Shown here one piece after another: positions 10,501 to 21,739 of a stretch of DNA of 64,000 bases. Under the pieces are notes generated by a model. That model did not search any database. It was not told the DNA's origin and was given only the letters and a program-made list of their open reading frames with translations. The DNA lies in contig NC_043005.1 of the NCBI RefSeq assembly GCF_006345805.1, forward strand, positions 34,534,001-34,598,000, written 5' to 3'. Each line of letters opens with the position of its first letter. Position 1 is the stretch's first letter. Both the position numbers and the translations under genes were made by a program. This stretch comes from Octopus sinensis. Taxonomy: Eukaryota.

Positions 10501-13500
10501 GGGTTGGATTTTGCTACCTTGTGGTCTTTTTGTTGTGGTCTTTTATGTTCTGAGTTCCAGTGGGCTGACATTGACTTTGACTTTCATCATTCTGGGGTTG
10601 ATAAAAGAAACCACCAGTCCTATTAGTTGGCGTAATCTACTGTACACTTCACCGAAATGTCTGGCTATATGTACTAAAGAAAGTTCTACTGATCAATAAT
10701 CATATTAGCCAATTGATAGCAATTTGTTTTAGGTATAGTTGTGTGGTTAAGAAGTTTGTTTCTTGACCATGTGGTTTTGGGTTTCGGTCCCATTGCACAG
10801 CACCTTGGATAAATGTCTTCTTCAATAGCCTGACTATGCTAACCAATGCTTTGTTAGAGGATTTAGTTGATGGAAACAGAAAGAAGCCTGTATATATTTA
10901 TATATATATATATATATGTGTGCGTGTGTGTTTCCTTGTCTTAACATCACAGGATAGTTGTAAAATGAGTGACATTGTTATGCAAATGGGATTCTTCATG
11001 TCTAATTTTTGTGGAAACACATTTGGCCATGGATAAATATTATCTTTGCAACATGAAGGATTTCAGGTCAGAGAAAAATCTGCCTCAAGAATTTTGTCTG
11101 ACCCATGTCTGCATGGGTCAGACAAAAGTGTGGATATTAAAACAACAATGATGATGTGACTGTGTGCGAATCCTGCCTAGAATGACTTTGGTGGACATGT
11201 GCTGCTACATCAAAAACTGTCTGGTCAATATAGAATAAGTCTTCTTTTGAGAGAAGTTTTATCTTACTGATAAATTATAGGATTAGTCTTTTGTACACCT
11301 GTCTCTCATGTAAGAATATAACAAGATACAGGCATTCACTTTGGGGAACTGTTTTCTATAATTAGTTAATCAATCATTTGATTACTTTCATTTAATTAAT
11401 GATCTTTTTGTGAGTCTGTGGTGATCAAGGATGAACAAATATAATTTTTCTTGTCGTAGATATTCTTATCAAGTGATTGAATTGGAACACAAACTGAAAC
11501 CTTTTATTCCTGACTTCATTCCATCAGTAGGGGACACTGATGCATTCATTAAGGTGAGTGAAATTGCTGAGAGAGGAGCTACCTGAGTGATTAGGTAATA
11601 AATGTATTTTTAATGTTGAACTAATTTCTGAGACTATCAATCTTGTTACTGTCATCATTTAACATCCATTTTCCATGCTGGCATGGGTTAGATGGTTTGA
11701 CAGAAGCAGGTAAGCCAGAGGACTGCACTAAGCATTACTGTCAACTTTGGCATGGTTTCTATGGCTAGTTGTCCTTCCTAACACCAACCACTTTACAGAT
11801 TGGACTGGGTGCTTTTAATGTGGCACCAACTCCAGTGAGGCCACAAAGTAATTTGCAAGACAAAACCCTTCAACTGAGGGGACGTAGTATTGAGGGAGGT
11901 GGCTTTATGCCTGGTGATGAGAGCTTGAACTATGATAGAGGGACAAAAACAGGTGCCTTGCTGTAGAAGAGTTATGTGGATACTCCAGTCAGAGGAAAAG
12001 AAAAAGAGAGGATTGGACAGGGTGAGTTCATGAGAGTGCAAAAGGAAAGAGGGGAGGAGAAGGGGGATACAGTGAGTGGTGAATATGGGTTTATAAGGGA
12101 GTGACAGGATAGCAGTGATACAATTAACAGGGGGATGATCAGGAGTAAGAGATGACACAGTGGCATTGGGCTGCGGCTGGAGGTGAGGAAGAGATTAGCA
12201 TAATGCATGAAGAGATGTAGTTTGGTTCACTGGGGAAGAGTGAATTAATGTAACACGTGAGTAGAGAACACATAATACACAGCACTTACAGAACTCAGTT
12301 TTCTTGAGGTGGGCAGGTCTTCTCAAGAACCTCATATCACCATCTCAGTTCATCGTTACCTTTGGCCTGGCCAGGACTGTGTACCAGCTGCAGATTTGTT
12401 CTGTAGCCCTCTGTAGGTTGTCTCATGGGAACTTCCAGTTGTCCTCTAAGCTATATGCCTCCTCCCCTTCTTCCTTATCAGAAACTGTGTTTGGTCTCTG
12501 CGAACATCACTTGACAACCGATGCTGGTGTGTTTACATCCCTGTAACATATTGATTCAGCAAAAGAGACTGATAGAATAAGTACTAGGCTTATAAAGAAT
12601 AAGTCCTGGGGTCAATTTGCTCGACTAAAGTTGGTGCTCCAGCATGGCTGCAGTCAAATGACTGAAACAAGTAAAAGAATAACCACACACATGTGCGCAC
12701 ACGCATGAATACATACATACATAAACATACACACATATATATATACATATGCATAGATGTATACAGCTTCTCTACCCTTGTATGTATACATGTGGTGCCA
12801 GGAGGGAATTACACCCAAATATCATATTTATACATACAAGTGGGGGTGCATAATGAGTTGCCAAGGGAGAAAATTCATGTTTTAATTGTAAAAAGTGGTG
12901 GTGTTAGGGAGGTGGGTTACAAAGAAGCTGGCTACCTTTAAACTCTATGAGAATCAGTGTACTCATCATTTTGTAATGTTTAATTATTATTAATACTATT
13001 AGAAGTATATATTAACTCATTTAGTGATTGTATATTTATATATTTAACTAGTAGTATCGCCCGGCGTTGCTCGGATTTGTAAGGGAAATAACTATATAAG
13101 CATTTTTAGAGATGTAATGTATAATAGCCATCTCAATATGGCTAACCACAAAGTAGGGGGTGTTACTGTAGCTTTTTACGTTCTGAGATTTAATAATAAG
13201 TTTTTAGAGAGTTACTTCCCTTATATATGCCAAAAATGCATTAAAAATGGAAAAAATTGATGGTAAAATTTTTTTTAAATCGTAGACCCAGAAGGGCTCG
13301 ATATGAATCACAACTATAAGATACCCGGTTTTGGTTAAACTGCACCACAAAATGTGGGAGTAGTTAGGAATCTAAATCGTAGGAGACAGACAGCACACAA
13401 CCTCACTTTTATATATAAATATATATATATTTCTATATACATACATATATATATATATTGCTGAATGTGGAGAATAAATGGGGGGAGGAGAGTCTGCCAA

Positions 13501-16500
13501 AAGTTGACCCAATTGAGGGACCAGCTATCCGAATCAACAGTACCCAGGTAGATAAAACAATTAAAGATATGAGGACAGGGAAAGCGCCTGGCCCATCAGG
13601 AATCACCGCTGGGATGCTTAAAATATCGGGCAGTGTGGGTTATGGTCATGTTGCCTGCATTGTAAATCAAGTAGTTCATGAAGGAGTCATACCCAAAGAC
13701 TGGTCTAGCAGCACCATAGTCAACTGCTACAAGGGAAAAGGTGATGCTTTAGGTAGAAATAACTACAAGGGTATCAAATTATTGGATCAGGTGATGAGAG
13801 TTACTGAGAGGGTCATAGCCCAACTAATTAGGGAGAGAGTTAGCCTAGATGAGATGCAGTTTGGTTTTGTGCCAGGCAGAAGCACCACTGATGCTATATT
13901 TCTGGTAAGGCAACTGCAGGAGAAATACCTAGCCAAGATAAACCTCTGTACTTGGCTTTTGTTGATTTGGAGAAAGCCTTTGACAGGGTTCCCAGATCCT
14001 GTATTGGGTGGTCAATGTGGAAACTGGGGATAGATGAGTGCTTGGTAAGAGCTTACAGCAAAATATACAATATCAAGAAAGTTTCCACCTTATGTATAAA
14101 TGCAGGCTGCCTTAATTTATATTCTCTCTCACCTTAACTTATATTGCTTCTATAAACCTCATTTATAATGTTTTTTTAATTCAACTTGGAAGTTATCTCA
14201 ATTCACTGTTTATTTCTAGATACCAAGACCCGATATGAAACCTGACATGGTTGGTCTGACTGTTTTAGATGAGCCATGTGCTGCACAGTCTGACCCAACA
14301 GTGCTTGATCTACAACTGAGAACCATTTCGAAACAGACTACTGCTAAACAAATGGTACGTATTCTTAGACTTTGATACTTTGATAGAGTTGTCTTGGAAT
14401 TGTTACTACCTCTGTTGTTGCTGCTTAAACTCTACTTTGGTTATTGGTATAATGAATGTTTGACTTTGCAGCATTTACAAATTAATCTGTATGATTAACA
14501 TATAAGTTTTAATGGAAATCCTTTAGTGATTGTTTATTAAAACATTGATTAATAAATTTTAGAAACTTTAACCTTGCAGTAACCTTATATTAGTTCCTTG
14601 TCATCTGACAAGGACCAAGACTTTTGTAATTTTCTGTGCTTGAGAAGACACATTAAGCTTAGTAAAATCATGGCCATCCATATATATGGAAGGTGAACAT
14701 TAAAATGATGATGATGATGATGAGCATTACAACCTCTTATTCTTCTGACCTGTGAAAGTAAATGATTAGCTAGCTGGCTTAAAACCTAAAATAGCTTGCT
14801 AATCAAGTGGCTACTTGTGTAAATATTAGACTTAGTAGCATGGTTCACTGGTCCCATGAATTCACTCATTGTTCCAGCTAGATTTCATATTAATCTACTT
14901 TAAATGTGCATCAAAACCCAATATTGAACACATCAACCCTCTGTACCTATTCCGTTCTTGTTATAATGTCTTACTTAGTGTCTCTAACCTTGTTAAAACA
15001 TGGGGTACCTAACAACCTGTCATTACACTTTTTCTGTTAACTTGCATCAGGCTCAGAGATGGACATATTTCATGTTGATTTAATTCTAGGTTTATTTGGC
15101 ATTGTTCCATCATTATTTCTTTCAAAACAGGGATGGGGAAGGGCACAGCCATTCACAGAAGTATTGTGGCTGTTGAGAGTTTACACTAGAACTCAAGTCG
15201 TAATTAGAAAGTTAGTTGCAGATTTATATTGCTTCATTATTTAAAGAATTCTTTGAGACACCTCATCAGCTCATTAAATCACTCATCATCTCTACCATAT
15301 TTGGTTAGTACTTTATTTCCAACTTCAGAATGTTGAAAAGGAAGTTGACCTTTGGTGAGATTTGAAATGAGAATAGTAAGGTTTGGAACTAAATGCTAGA
15401 AGACATCTTGTCTGATAATTCTTCCGATTTGCTATTTGCTTCCTTTGTGGCTGTGACAAACAATAATCATGAAAAGATTGGAGATACCTTTTCTTCAATT
15501 TTTGTTATTCATTCCCAAAATTTCTCTAACATAGAAATATTTTACAATATGTGTTTGCTTGACCTGAACCATGCTAACCTTGACATGCTATCTACAATAT
15601 GCTGGATTAGATTTTGTTTGTGTCTGATTTCTCTATTGATTCTTGTCAAACCTGATTAGCTCTGCCAGAGTTAGTGATCCTGGATATATGGAAGATTATG
15701 AGAACACCATATTTCTTGTCAGCCTTTAATCATTGCATCTGTGTTCATGCTAGCATTGGTTAAACAGCCTAACACCACTTCTGTTACTCTTTTGTTTGCT
15801 AATCTTTGAGAATTAACTTTCTGAGATCTAATCTTACCATTACTTCCCTTGTTTTCCTTGGCCTTCCATTGTCAGCACATCCTGCCAATACGGTAGTTGA
15901 TATAAGTATTTGGTAAATGTCCACAAAATACCCTGAGACTTTTTACCACTTAATTCAAAAATGTTGTTTGCAGAATTGTATGTTTTCTTTGTTACAGGTT
16001 GTGAAAAGTCTAGAACAAGCTGAAAAAGACCCGAAGCAGATTGATAACTGGATCCAGAATATTGATAAATTACATCGATCAAAGCCCCCACCCAATGTAC
16101 ACTACACCAAGTAAGTTGTTGATTCATTTTAGAATCTACTGGAATTAACTCTCAGTATCAGTTCCTCCTGTATTCTCGAGCACATTAGGTGACAAGTTGA
16201 CACCACTGATTTCTGTTGGTGGGCAATTTTCTCTACATCTAGCCATGTGATATTAGCCTATCTTATGTTGATTATCAATGTACTTTTTGGTCTTCCTCTC
16301 TTTCTTTTTCTTTCTGGTGGTGTTCATTTGAAAGCTGTTTTACAATAATGTTGTTCTGGTAGCTGGACTTGTTAGTTTTTATCTTCATTCTGTGAATTTT
16401 CTGCTAAGTGGCCTTGTGTTGACTCTCTAGAATGAATTCATTGATTTTGTTGTCTTGTCAGTACATTGCTGGGGTGGAGGAAAAGATGAAGACTGAAGAC

Positions 16501-16719
16501 CACAAACTACTACTGTGCATGTGCGTGCACACACACACACACACAAACACACACCTATATAAATGATAAATTTCTCTGCAAAGCCAGTATTCAGCAGTAC
16601 TTGTATCAAATATGAGAAATAAATCTCTCTAATGATGGAATGCTAGTTTTTCTCTTCTAACTCATCCTCAAAATTTGATCACTATTTTCCAACAACTTGC
16701 TCAACTGAGGCATATTACA

Positions 16720-16752
<33 letters not shown>

Positions 16753-19700
16753 TCATGACAATAATAATTACACAATAAGAAGTGCAATCTTTTTATTGTG
16801 TATTTACCTTCATGAAGAGTTATATCAATTTAATTAATTAATTAATAATAATAATAATAATAATAATAAGAGCACAAATCTCTGCCAAGGCAAACAAATA
16901 ATCCAGAATCCTTGTCTGGTTCTGGATTGATCCCAAATTCTAATCAGATCGTGCCAGTCACAAGGCCAAACATCTCTGAAAGTTTCATCTGAATCCATCT
17001 AGCGGTTCTTGAGATATCTTGTCCATGGACAAACAAACAAACAAACATGACTACAAACAATACCCCTACCTTCGCTAAGGCAGAGGTAATAATAATAATT
17101 ATAATAACTATTGTTGTTGTTGTTATCATTATTATTATTTCACAAGGTTACATATTTAATTTGCAGTTAATTAAACCAACCCTAGAATGTATTGTACCCT
17201 GAAAAATAAAAGGCTATGGACAAATTCAACAGAACCTCCTTAAATTATTTGTTAATTTGTAGTGTTTTCTTTTATATATTCCAGGAATATGCCTCAAATA
17301 GACAGCCTGATGCAAGAATGGCCATCCGAGTTGGAAGAATTACTTAAAGAAGTAGGTTATCTTTTGGTCATCCTTACCATTTATATTCTAAGACATGTCA
17401 AACTGCAGACACACTTGCAGTTATTTCTGTCATATATTTTACTTTAACCCTTTTTATACCAATCCCTGGTTATATGATTCAAACTTCCTGTTTTAAAGTG
17501 ATTTGAATTAAAATCTTCCATGAAAAATTTCACTTGCCAAATGATGACAAAATTATTTTACTAAATTCTTCATTATTTTCGAAATTGATTGACTGTATTT
17601 TAACAGAAATATTATAATAAACTGGTTAAATTTTTGAACTCTTAGAATTTTGTTTTGAGAAATGAAACCATATTTAAATTCAATGTTGTCTGTGTAGGCA
17701 GTGTTTTCATTGTGTAAGCTCCATCATCTGGTGCTATGTTTTTGTAAATATAAAACTGTATGTTTAAAACTTAAGGATATAAGGACAATGGAAGATTATT
17801 TTAGTTAAACAATGAAGTAGAAAAACAAAAAAATTTACCACTTTACACTGATACTTTCTGCAGCTAACTTGTGAGATTATCTTGAACCTTAGATGGCTTA
17901 TAAACATCTTCCATGCTGCAATTGTTAAAATAATCTGAATATTAAATAACCTCATAGGTGTGGCTGAATGGTTAAGCAGTTTGTTTTACAACCAAGTGGT
18001 TTCAGGTTCTATCTTACTGTACAGTTTCTGGGGCAAATGTCTTCTACCATATTGTTGGTTTACCGATCCTTTGTGAGCGGAATTTGGTGGATGGATAATG
18101 TGTGAAGCCTGCAACATGTATGTGCACATGGATATCTTGCCAATGCAATGTACAGATGTAAACATCAGTATGAAAACTAACAAAAATGGTACTGGTCAAA
18201 AGAAGTCCTTTATATTTGTAGTGCACTAAGTAACAGATACTCCCTTATCACTCAGGAACATTCAAGGTATCTATATGACTAAGAAATGGTTAAAATACAT
18301 GTTGTAAATGGCAATATTAATGTTGTAATGTTATGTGTTTCTTGTGTCAAGGCCTTAGTCTTCCTGAACGGTGCATGGATCCTGGATTTTTCCTAAAACT
18401 ATGTGATGTTTTGGTGCAGCCATTTTGTCATCACTGATTCAACTCTAACTTATTTGACATCAGACATTGCATTTCCAGTGGAGCACACTGGCTTCATTTC
18501 ATTTCTTTCAAACCTTCACATATCTTCTGCATTTTCAGAACTAGGTTTCACTACCATGTAGCATAGCTGTTTCTATGCAGGCATCATATAGTCTGTCTTT
18601 CACTCTGAGGGATAAGCCATTTGTTACAACAAAGGTAATAGCTCTCTGAACTTTGTCTAGACAGTACTTATTCTAATAACAATGCCTTCAGAGCATCCTC
18701 CTCCACTTCTAATTTGGTCTCCTAAGTAGCAAAAACTCTAAGGATCCTTCTGGGTATCTATTTCCTCTGCACCTCTGCCACATGCAAGGGCTACTTTCTC
18801 TTCTTAACCTTCTCGCAATTCCACTACATCTCTTATGTGTCCATACTTTGCACTGGCTACACTGAAGGGATTAGTAATTTGTCTGCTTCCCTGCTTACTA
18901 GCCTATTTTTCTAAAATGGTAATTAGATTCTAATGAACCTGATGATATTACTGTCCAAAGATAGTAGTGATATTACCTCAAAGAACCAGTTGTTTTGTTC
19001 ATTCATAAATTCTACAATAATATGATTAATGTTCAAAATGTAAAGATATTTACTACATTTTCTTTCATAAAGATTTAAATTTAAGACTAAATCTGGGAAA
19101 GTAATTAATGTGAACAGAAAGTTTTATTTATTTTCTTTTACATCTAAAACAATTCCTGTTTCCATTGTATTGTAGGTGTCATTACCAAGTGCCAGCATGG
19201 ATACCAGCTTGGCCGACTATATTCGAGCTATTTGTTGTATATTAGACATACCAGTGTATCAGACCAGCCACAACAATGATATGATCCAAGCCCTCCATGT
19301 TCTCTTTACTTTGTACAATGAATTCCAGAATTCTCAAGTGAGTTATTGTTTCTATCAATCTTTAGTCTTTGATGATCCTTGTTTGTTTAGTTCCAGGACA
19401 TCCCTGATAAAAGGGACTTTTGAATAGTCATTCCAATCATCATTTTAGGAGTGTCCTTTACTTTTCCAGCATTGTGATTTGAGGGAAATTAGGCTGCTAT
19501 TTTTAGCAAGTTAATAAAGCCTCTGGTGACTCCATCATTATCTTTATATTTTGGCATGGCCGTTGCCAGCGCCGCCACGACAGGCCTCCGTGCTGATGGC
19601 ACGTAAAAAGCACCATCCAATCGTGGCCATTGCCAGCCTCGCCTGGACCCCGTGCCAGTGGCACGTAAAAAGCACCATCCAACCGTGGTCGTTTGCCAGC

Positions 19701-20719
19701 CCCGTCTGGCACCTGTGCCGGTGACACGTAAAAAGCACCCACTACACTCATGGAGTGGTTGGTGTTAGGAAGGGCATCCAGCCGTAGAAACATTGCCAGA
19801 TCAGACTGGGCCTGGTGCAGCCTTCTGGCTTCCCAGACCCCAGTTGAACCGTCCAACCCATGCTAGCATGGAAAGCGGACGCTAAATGATGATGATGATG
19901 ATGTTATGGTACTGTGTGGTTGTTTTATATTAGTGATTAAATCTAACAGTGTACAAGATATTTTTTTTCTACATTGCAGTAAGCTGTCATTGGCAATGAT
20001 AAATAATACACTAGAGATGTCTGTCAGTCACTACTGACCAAATTCTCTGCATCTGTATGTACATGCTTGGGTAAGGTGTTTTTGTGGAGGACTGACAATG
20101 GCTCAGGAATGCATTTTGGTACCTGTTTCACTGCAGGCATTGTTATCAGAAAGTAAAGGGTTAAAGCAGACATAACAGTGTACCATATTCAACAGTCTAT
20201 CAATTACACCCCTTGGATTGGTTGCCTTATATTTTGTTGTTTGACCTCAAGTACAGAGTCAGAACATCATGAAGCATTCTATCCAACATTTTAACAGCTT
20301 CTATTTGATGCTTTGTAATGCTGTAACCTTTGTAACACACCTAAACAATAAGTAAAGTTAAGAGTTTGAGACACACTATTAAAAATAAATCTAATTTATA
20401 TTGCCATGATGCTTTAAATAGTTGACATCATTAATAACAACTCAAGAGCTAAAGCCTTTAAACTCTGTCAAATATAGCACTGTGTGGTTGTTTTTATTTT
20501 CTAAGTCATCAGTCATTCAAATATCCTTACATAGGTTCATTAATTTTAATTATCAATTAGTTTTGTCATCTTTTGCATAGGAAATCTGAAAAAATATCTT
20601 TTCTTTTATTCTGACAGCATTTTCAGACATTGGCCCAGGAATACAAAATGAAGAAAGAAGCCAATCCCAATGAACAGTTAGTCTTGGATGGAGATAATGA
20701 AGCTCCAAATGGCAATTAA
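3104..20719 (+). CDS. IFT46: Intraflagellar transport protein 46 (IFT-B core), complete 11-exon CDS, 359 aa
   Basis: Exons 3104-3145, 8039-8144, 8824-8897, 9053-9162, 10338-10412, 11460-11553, 14220-14354, 15998-16110, 17285-17351, 19176-19337, 20618-20719 join in phase (1080 nt) with GT-AG sites. Product has IFT46 motifs NQPYDESLEV, an acidic tract, GAYDPADY, LKPFIPDFIPxVGDxDAF, VLDEPCxxQSDPTVL, LHRSKPP, LMQEWP and ILDIPVY...LHVLFTLY. Confidence 0.95.
3619..3831 (+). mobile_element. tRNA-derived SINE with Meta-like central domain (copies at ~35585-35795, 30255-30360, 38830-38930, 58268-58390 (-), 23545-23680 (-))
   Basis: GGCGAGCTGGCAxAATC head; GACTTTGCCTTTCATCCTTTCGGGGTCGATAAA..AAGTACCAG-like core recurs through the window. 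Confidence 0.75.
3838..4999 (+). mobile_element. 5'-truncated CR1-group LINE (RT 3' half, 327-aa ORF 3947-4930)
   Basis: LDFAKAF, SGVPQGSVLGPLLF, YADD, LESVQRRATK, TRGH, FFTLRV..WN.LP; one W->TGA stop; (ATT)n tail; TATACA TSD at 3832-3837 and 5000-5005. Confidence 0.92.
5004..5392 (-). mobile_element. Tc1/mariner (maT/DD37D-like) transposase 3' fragment
   Basis: Minus-strand QNGAPSHT...SPDLNPLDYFMWG; TA-CAGG terminus at 5002-5007. Confidence 0.75.
7095..7469 (+). mobile_element. Helitron 3' end with Pif1 helicase remnant
   Basis: PFQFRQLQFPVSLSF...NKSQGQ...LEEPCFTHAQLY; hairpin ATTGC-TCC-GCAAT (7447-7459) then CTAG|T (7466-7470). Confidence 0.8.
7723..7767 (-). ncRNA. Minimal type I hammerhead ribozyme (Penelope/retrozyme type)
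   Basis: Minus strand reads CACACG-CUGAUGA-UAGGU AAAC ACCUU-GAAA-C UCGA G-UC^CGUGUG: 6-bp helix I, both core boxes, helix II, palindromic helix III, GUC cleavage triplet. Confidence 0.8.
7764..7962. repeat. Foldback: 75-bp arms (72/75 complementary), 49-nt spacer
   Basis: 7764-7838 vs 7888-7962. Confidence 0.95.
8039..8144 (+). CDS. IFT46: IFT46 exon 2 (AQLHQNQPYDESLEVPDADDVPSTYTPTPR...)
   Basis: ttttcag acceptor, G|GTAAGT donor, NQPYDE motif. Confidence 0.9.
8546..8694. mobile_element. hAT (Charlie-like) MITE
   Basis: TIRs CAGTCATGGACAACCT / AGGTTGCCTATACCTG; 8-bp TSD CTTTAGGT / GTTTAGGT. Confidence 0.8.
8824..8897 (+). CDS. IFT46: IFT46 exon 3 (RISNPGIDQSGSPHLLATSTEDAK)
   Basis: ctttcag acceptor, AAG|GTCAGT donor; needed to bridge phase 1 to phase 0. 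Confidence 0.8.
9053..9162 (+). CDS. IFT46: IFT46 exon 4 (poly-Asp tract, ends EVHIEG)
   Basis: CAG acceptor, GG|GTAAGT donor, acidic tract typical of the IFT46 N-terminus. Confidence 0.9.
10338..10412 (+). CDS. IFT46: IFT46 exon 5 (AYDPADYDNLQVSSDIKDLFEYISR)
   Basis: conserved motif, AG and GTAAGA sites. Confidence 0.95.
11460..11553 (+). CDS. IFT46: IFT46 exon 6 (YSYQVIELEHKLKPFIPDFIPSVGDTDAFIK)
   Basis: conserved motif, AG and GTGAGT sites. Confidence 0.95.
13048..13420 (-). mobile_element. Non-autonomous Helitron
   Basis: Minus-strand 3' end CCGAGCAACGCCGGG hairpin + CTAG|T; 5' end TATATATAAAAGTGAGGTTGTG. Confidence 0.7.
13457..14057 (+). mobile_element. RTE-clade LINE RT fragment (frameshift near 13940)
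   Basis: GKAPGPSGI, YKGKGDAL, QFGFVPGRSTTDAIF, AFVDLEKAFDRVPR. Confidence 0.9.
14220..14354 (+). CDS. IFT46: IFT46 exon 7 (IPRPD...VLDEPCAAQSDPTVLDLQLR...)
   Basis: conserved motif, AG and GTACGT sites, 45 codons. Confidence 0.95.
15998..16110 (+). CDS. IFT46: IFT46 exon 8 (VVKSLEQAEKDPKQIDNWI...LHRSKPPPNVHYTK)
   Basis: conserved motif, AG and GTAAGT sites. Confidence 0.95.
16868..17088. mobile_element. Helentron-associated (HINE-like) non-autonomous element within (TAA)n
   Basis: subterminal IRs CTCTGCC / GGCAGAG, (CAAA)n internal microsatellite, terminal short hairpin. Confidence 0.5.
17285..17351 (+). CDS. IFT46: IFT46 exon 9 (NMPQIDSLMQEWPSELEELLKE)
   Basis: conserved motif, AG and GTAGGT sites. 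Confidence 0.95.
18380..18900 (-). pseudogene. Decayed RTE LINE C-terminal fragment
   Basis: Minus-strand FCYLGDQIRSGGGCSE...KFRELLPLL...LRVKDRLYDAC..TAMLHGSET. Confidence 0.75.
19176..19337 (+). CDS. IFT46: IFT46 exon 10 (VSLPSA...ILDIPVY...LHVLFTLYNEFQNSQ)
   Basis: conserved motif, AG and GTGAGT sites. Confidence 0.95.
19550..19903 (+). mobile_element. RTE-tailed SINE/RTE 3'UTR with internal ~60-bp tandem repeats (copies ~11650-11830 (-), 39835-40050 (-), 46640-46892, 51030-51310)
   Basis: Three CACGTAAAAAGCACC units; GGCGTTAGGAAGGGCATCCAGC-like box; CCATGCTAGCATGG hairpin; (GAT)n tail. Confidence 0.8.
20618..20719 (+). CDS. IFT46: IFT46 exon 11 (HFQTLAQE...PNGN*)
   Basis: acceptor after polypyrimidine tract; NSQ|HF junction as in IFT46 orthologs; TAA at 20717-20719. 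Confidence 0.88.
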   Translation, partial: HFQTLAQEYKMKKEANPNEQLVLDGDNEAPNGN

Positions 20720-21295
20720 TCACCAAAGAAAGACATGTAATAGATTTATTATTTTGCAATATTCAAGGATGTTAAATAGTAAACCAGATTTTTATCAACA
20801 TTACAGGGGCCCTACTACTAAAGATAAGAAACCGGAGGAGAGTTTGATAAAGTTTAATGATGACTGGCTACTGAAGTTGACCACAAACTGCTACAAATTT
20901 ATTGATGTAGATTATCACTAGTTTCTTTACATGGTATCCTTATAAGCAACAGTTTACTCGCATCAACAACAATTTCACTTAATCACCTTAAGTTTTCTCA
21001 CAAGTTAAGAAGCCCCCAACTACCTTCCTGCCATTTACATAAAACTGTTTTGTTTTTACTTCCTTCCATTTCTCTCTCAATAATTTAGATCAGTTCTGCA
21101 AGCAAGAATGAAACACTTTGCTTTCCTCTCAACTTATTTTCTAATTAGAAGCCTTTCTAAGCCACACTTTCATCTCAACCCTACATAAGTTCTCATTTCA
21201 CTACATTTATAGAAATGAATCCATCCATTTGTATTTTTTTAACATTATTATTTCAGTTGACTTTCCATCTGATCCAACCTCACTGATATTTATGA

Positions 21296-21301
21296 AATAA
21301 A
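21296..21301 (+). terminator. Candidate IFT46 polyadenylation signal AATAAA
   Basis: first canonical AATAAA I found downstream of the IFT46 stop. Confidence 0.4.
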
Positions 21302-21478
21302 TTATTCTAGAACTTTCTGGAACCCAAGTATATTTCTTTTTCTCTGTCAGATAATAATTTTAAACAATGGGTTAACAACTATAGTAAAACAGATAAATAC
21401 TAATTCAGTTACAACTGATGAGTTCTTATTTTAATAACATTTCTTAAGATTTGTCATTTGTTTAAGTGAAACATCACT

Positions 21479-21557
21479 TTTATTGGGGTTTCTTTGTTGA
21501 TGGAAAATAACTCACAAAAGATTCACATAACACACCAGCTTTGATTCAGTATTTATT
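21479..21557 (-). terminator. Candidate UBA6 polyadenylation signals (AATAAA at 21557-21552 and 21484-21479)
   Basis: TTTATT on the + strand about 60 and 135 nt past the stop. Confidence 0.4.
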
Positions 21558-21618
21558 CGACGTCTACAGAATTTGCCAACAATTATAACTTTGAAATCTT
21601 TAAAATTTAGATTAATTA

Positions 21619-21739
21619 TCATAATCCAAAGTAGTAGCGTAGAGGTGGTCCAGGAATGTCTTCATCTTCCTCTGATTCCAGAGACACAATTAGGTCGACA
21701 TACGTTTGCTGTGCTAATGGTTTGATTAGTTTTATCATG
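21619..21739 (-). CDS. UBA6: UBA6 last coding exon (MIKLIKP...YVDL...[11 protein letters not shown])
   Basis: motif; TGA at 21621-21619. Confidence 0.95.

Noticed and set aside
21410-21480. Hammerhead from CTGATGA at ~21414 plus GAAAC at ~21468
   Set aside because: No helix I or helix III pairing and no NUH site in register.
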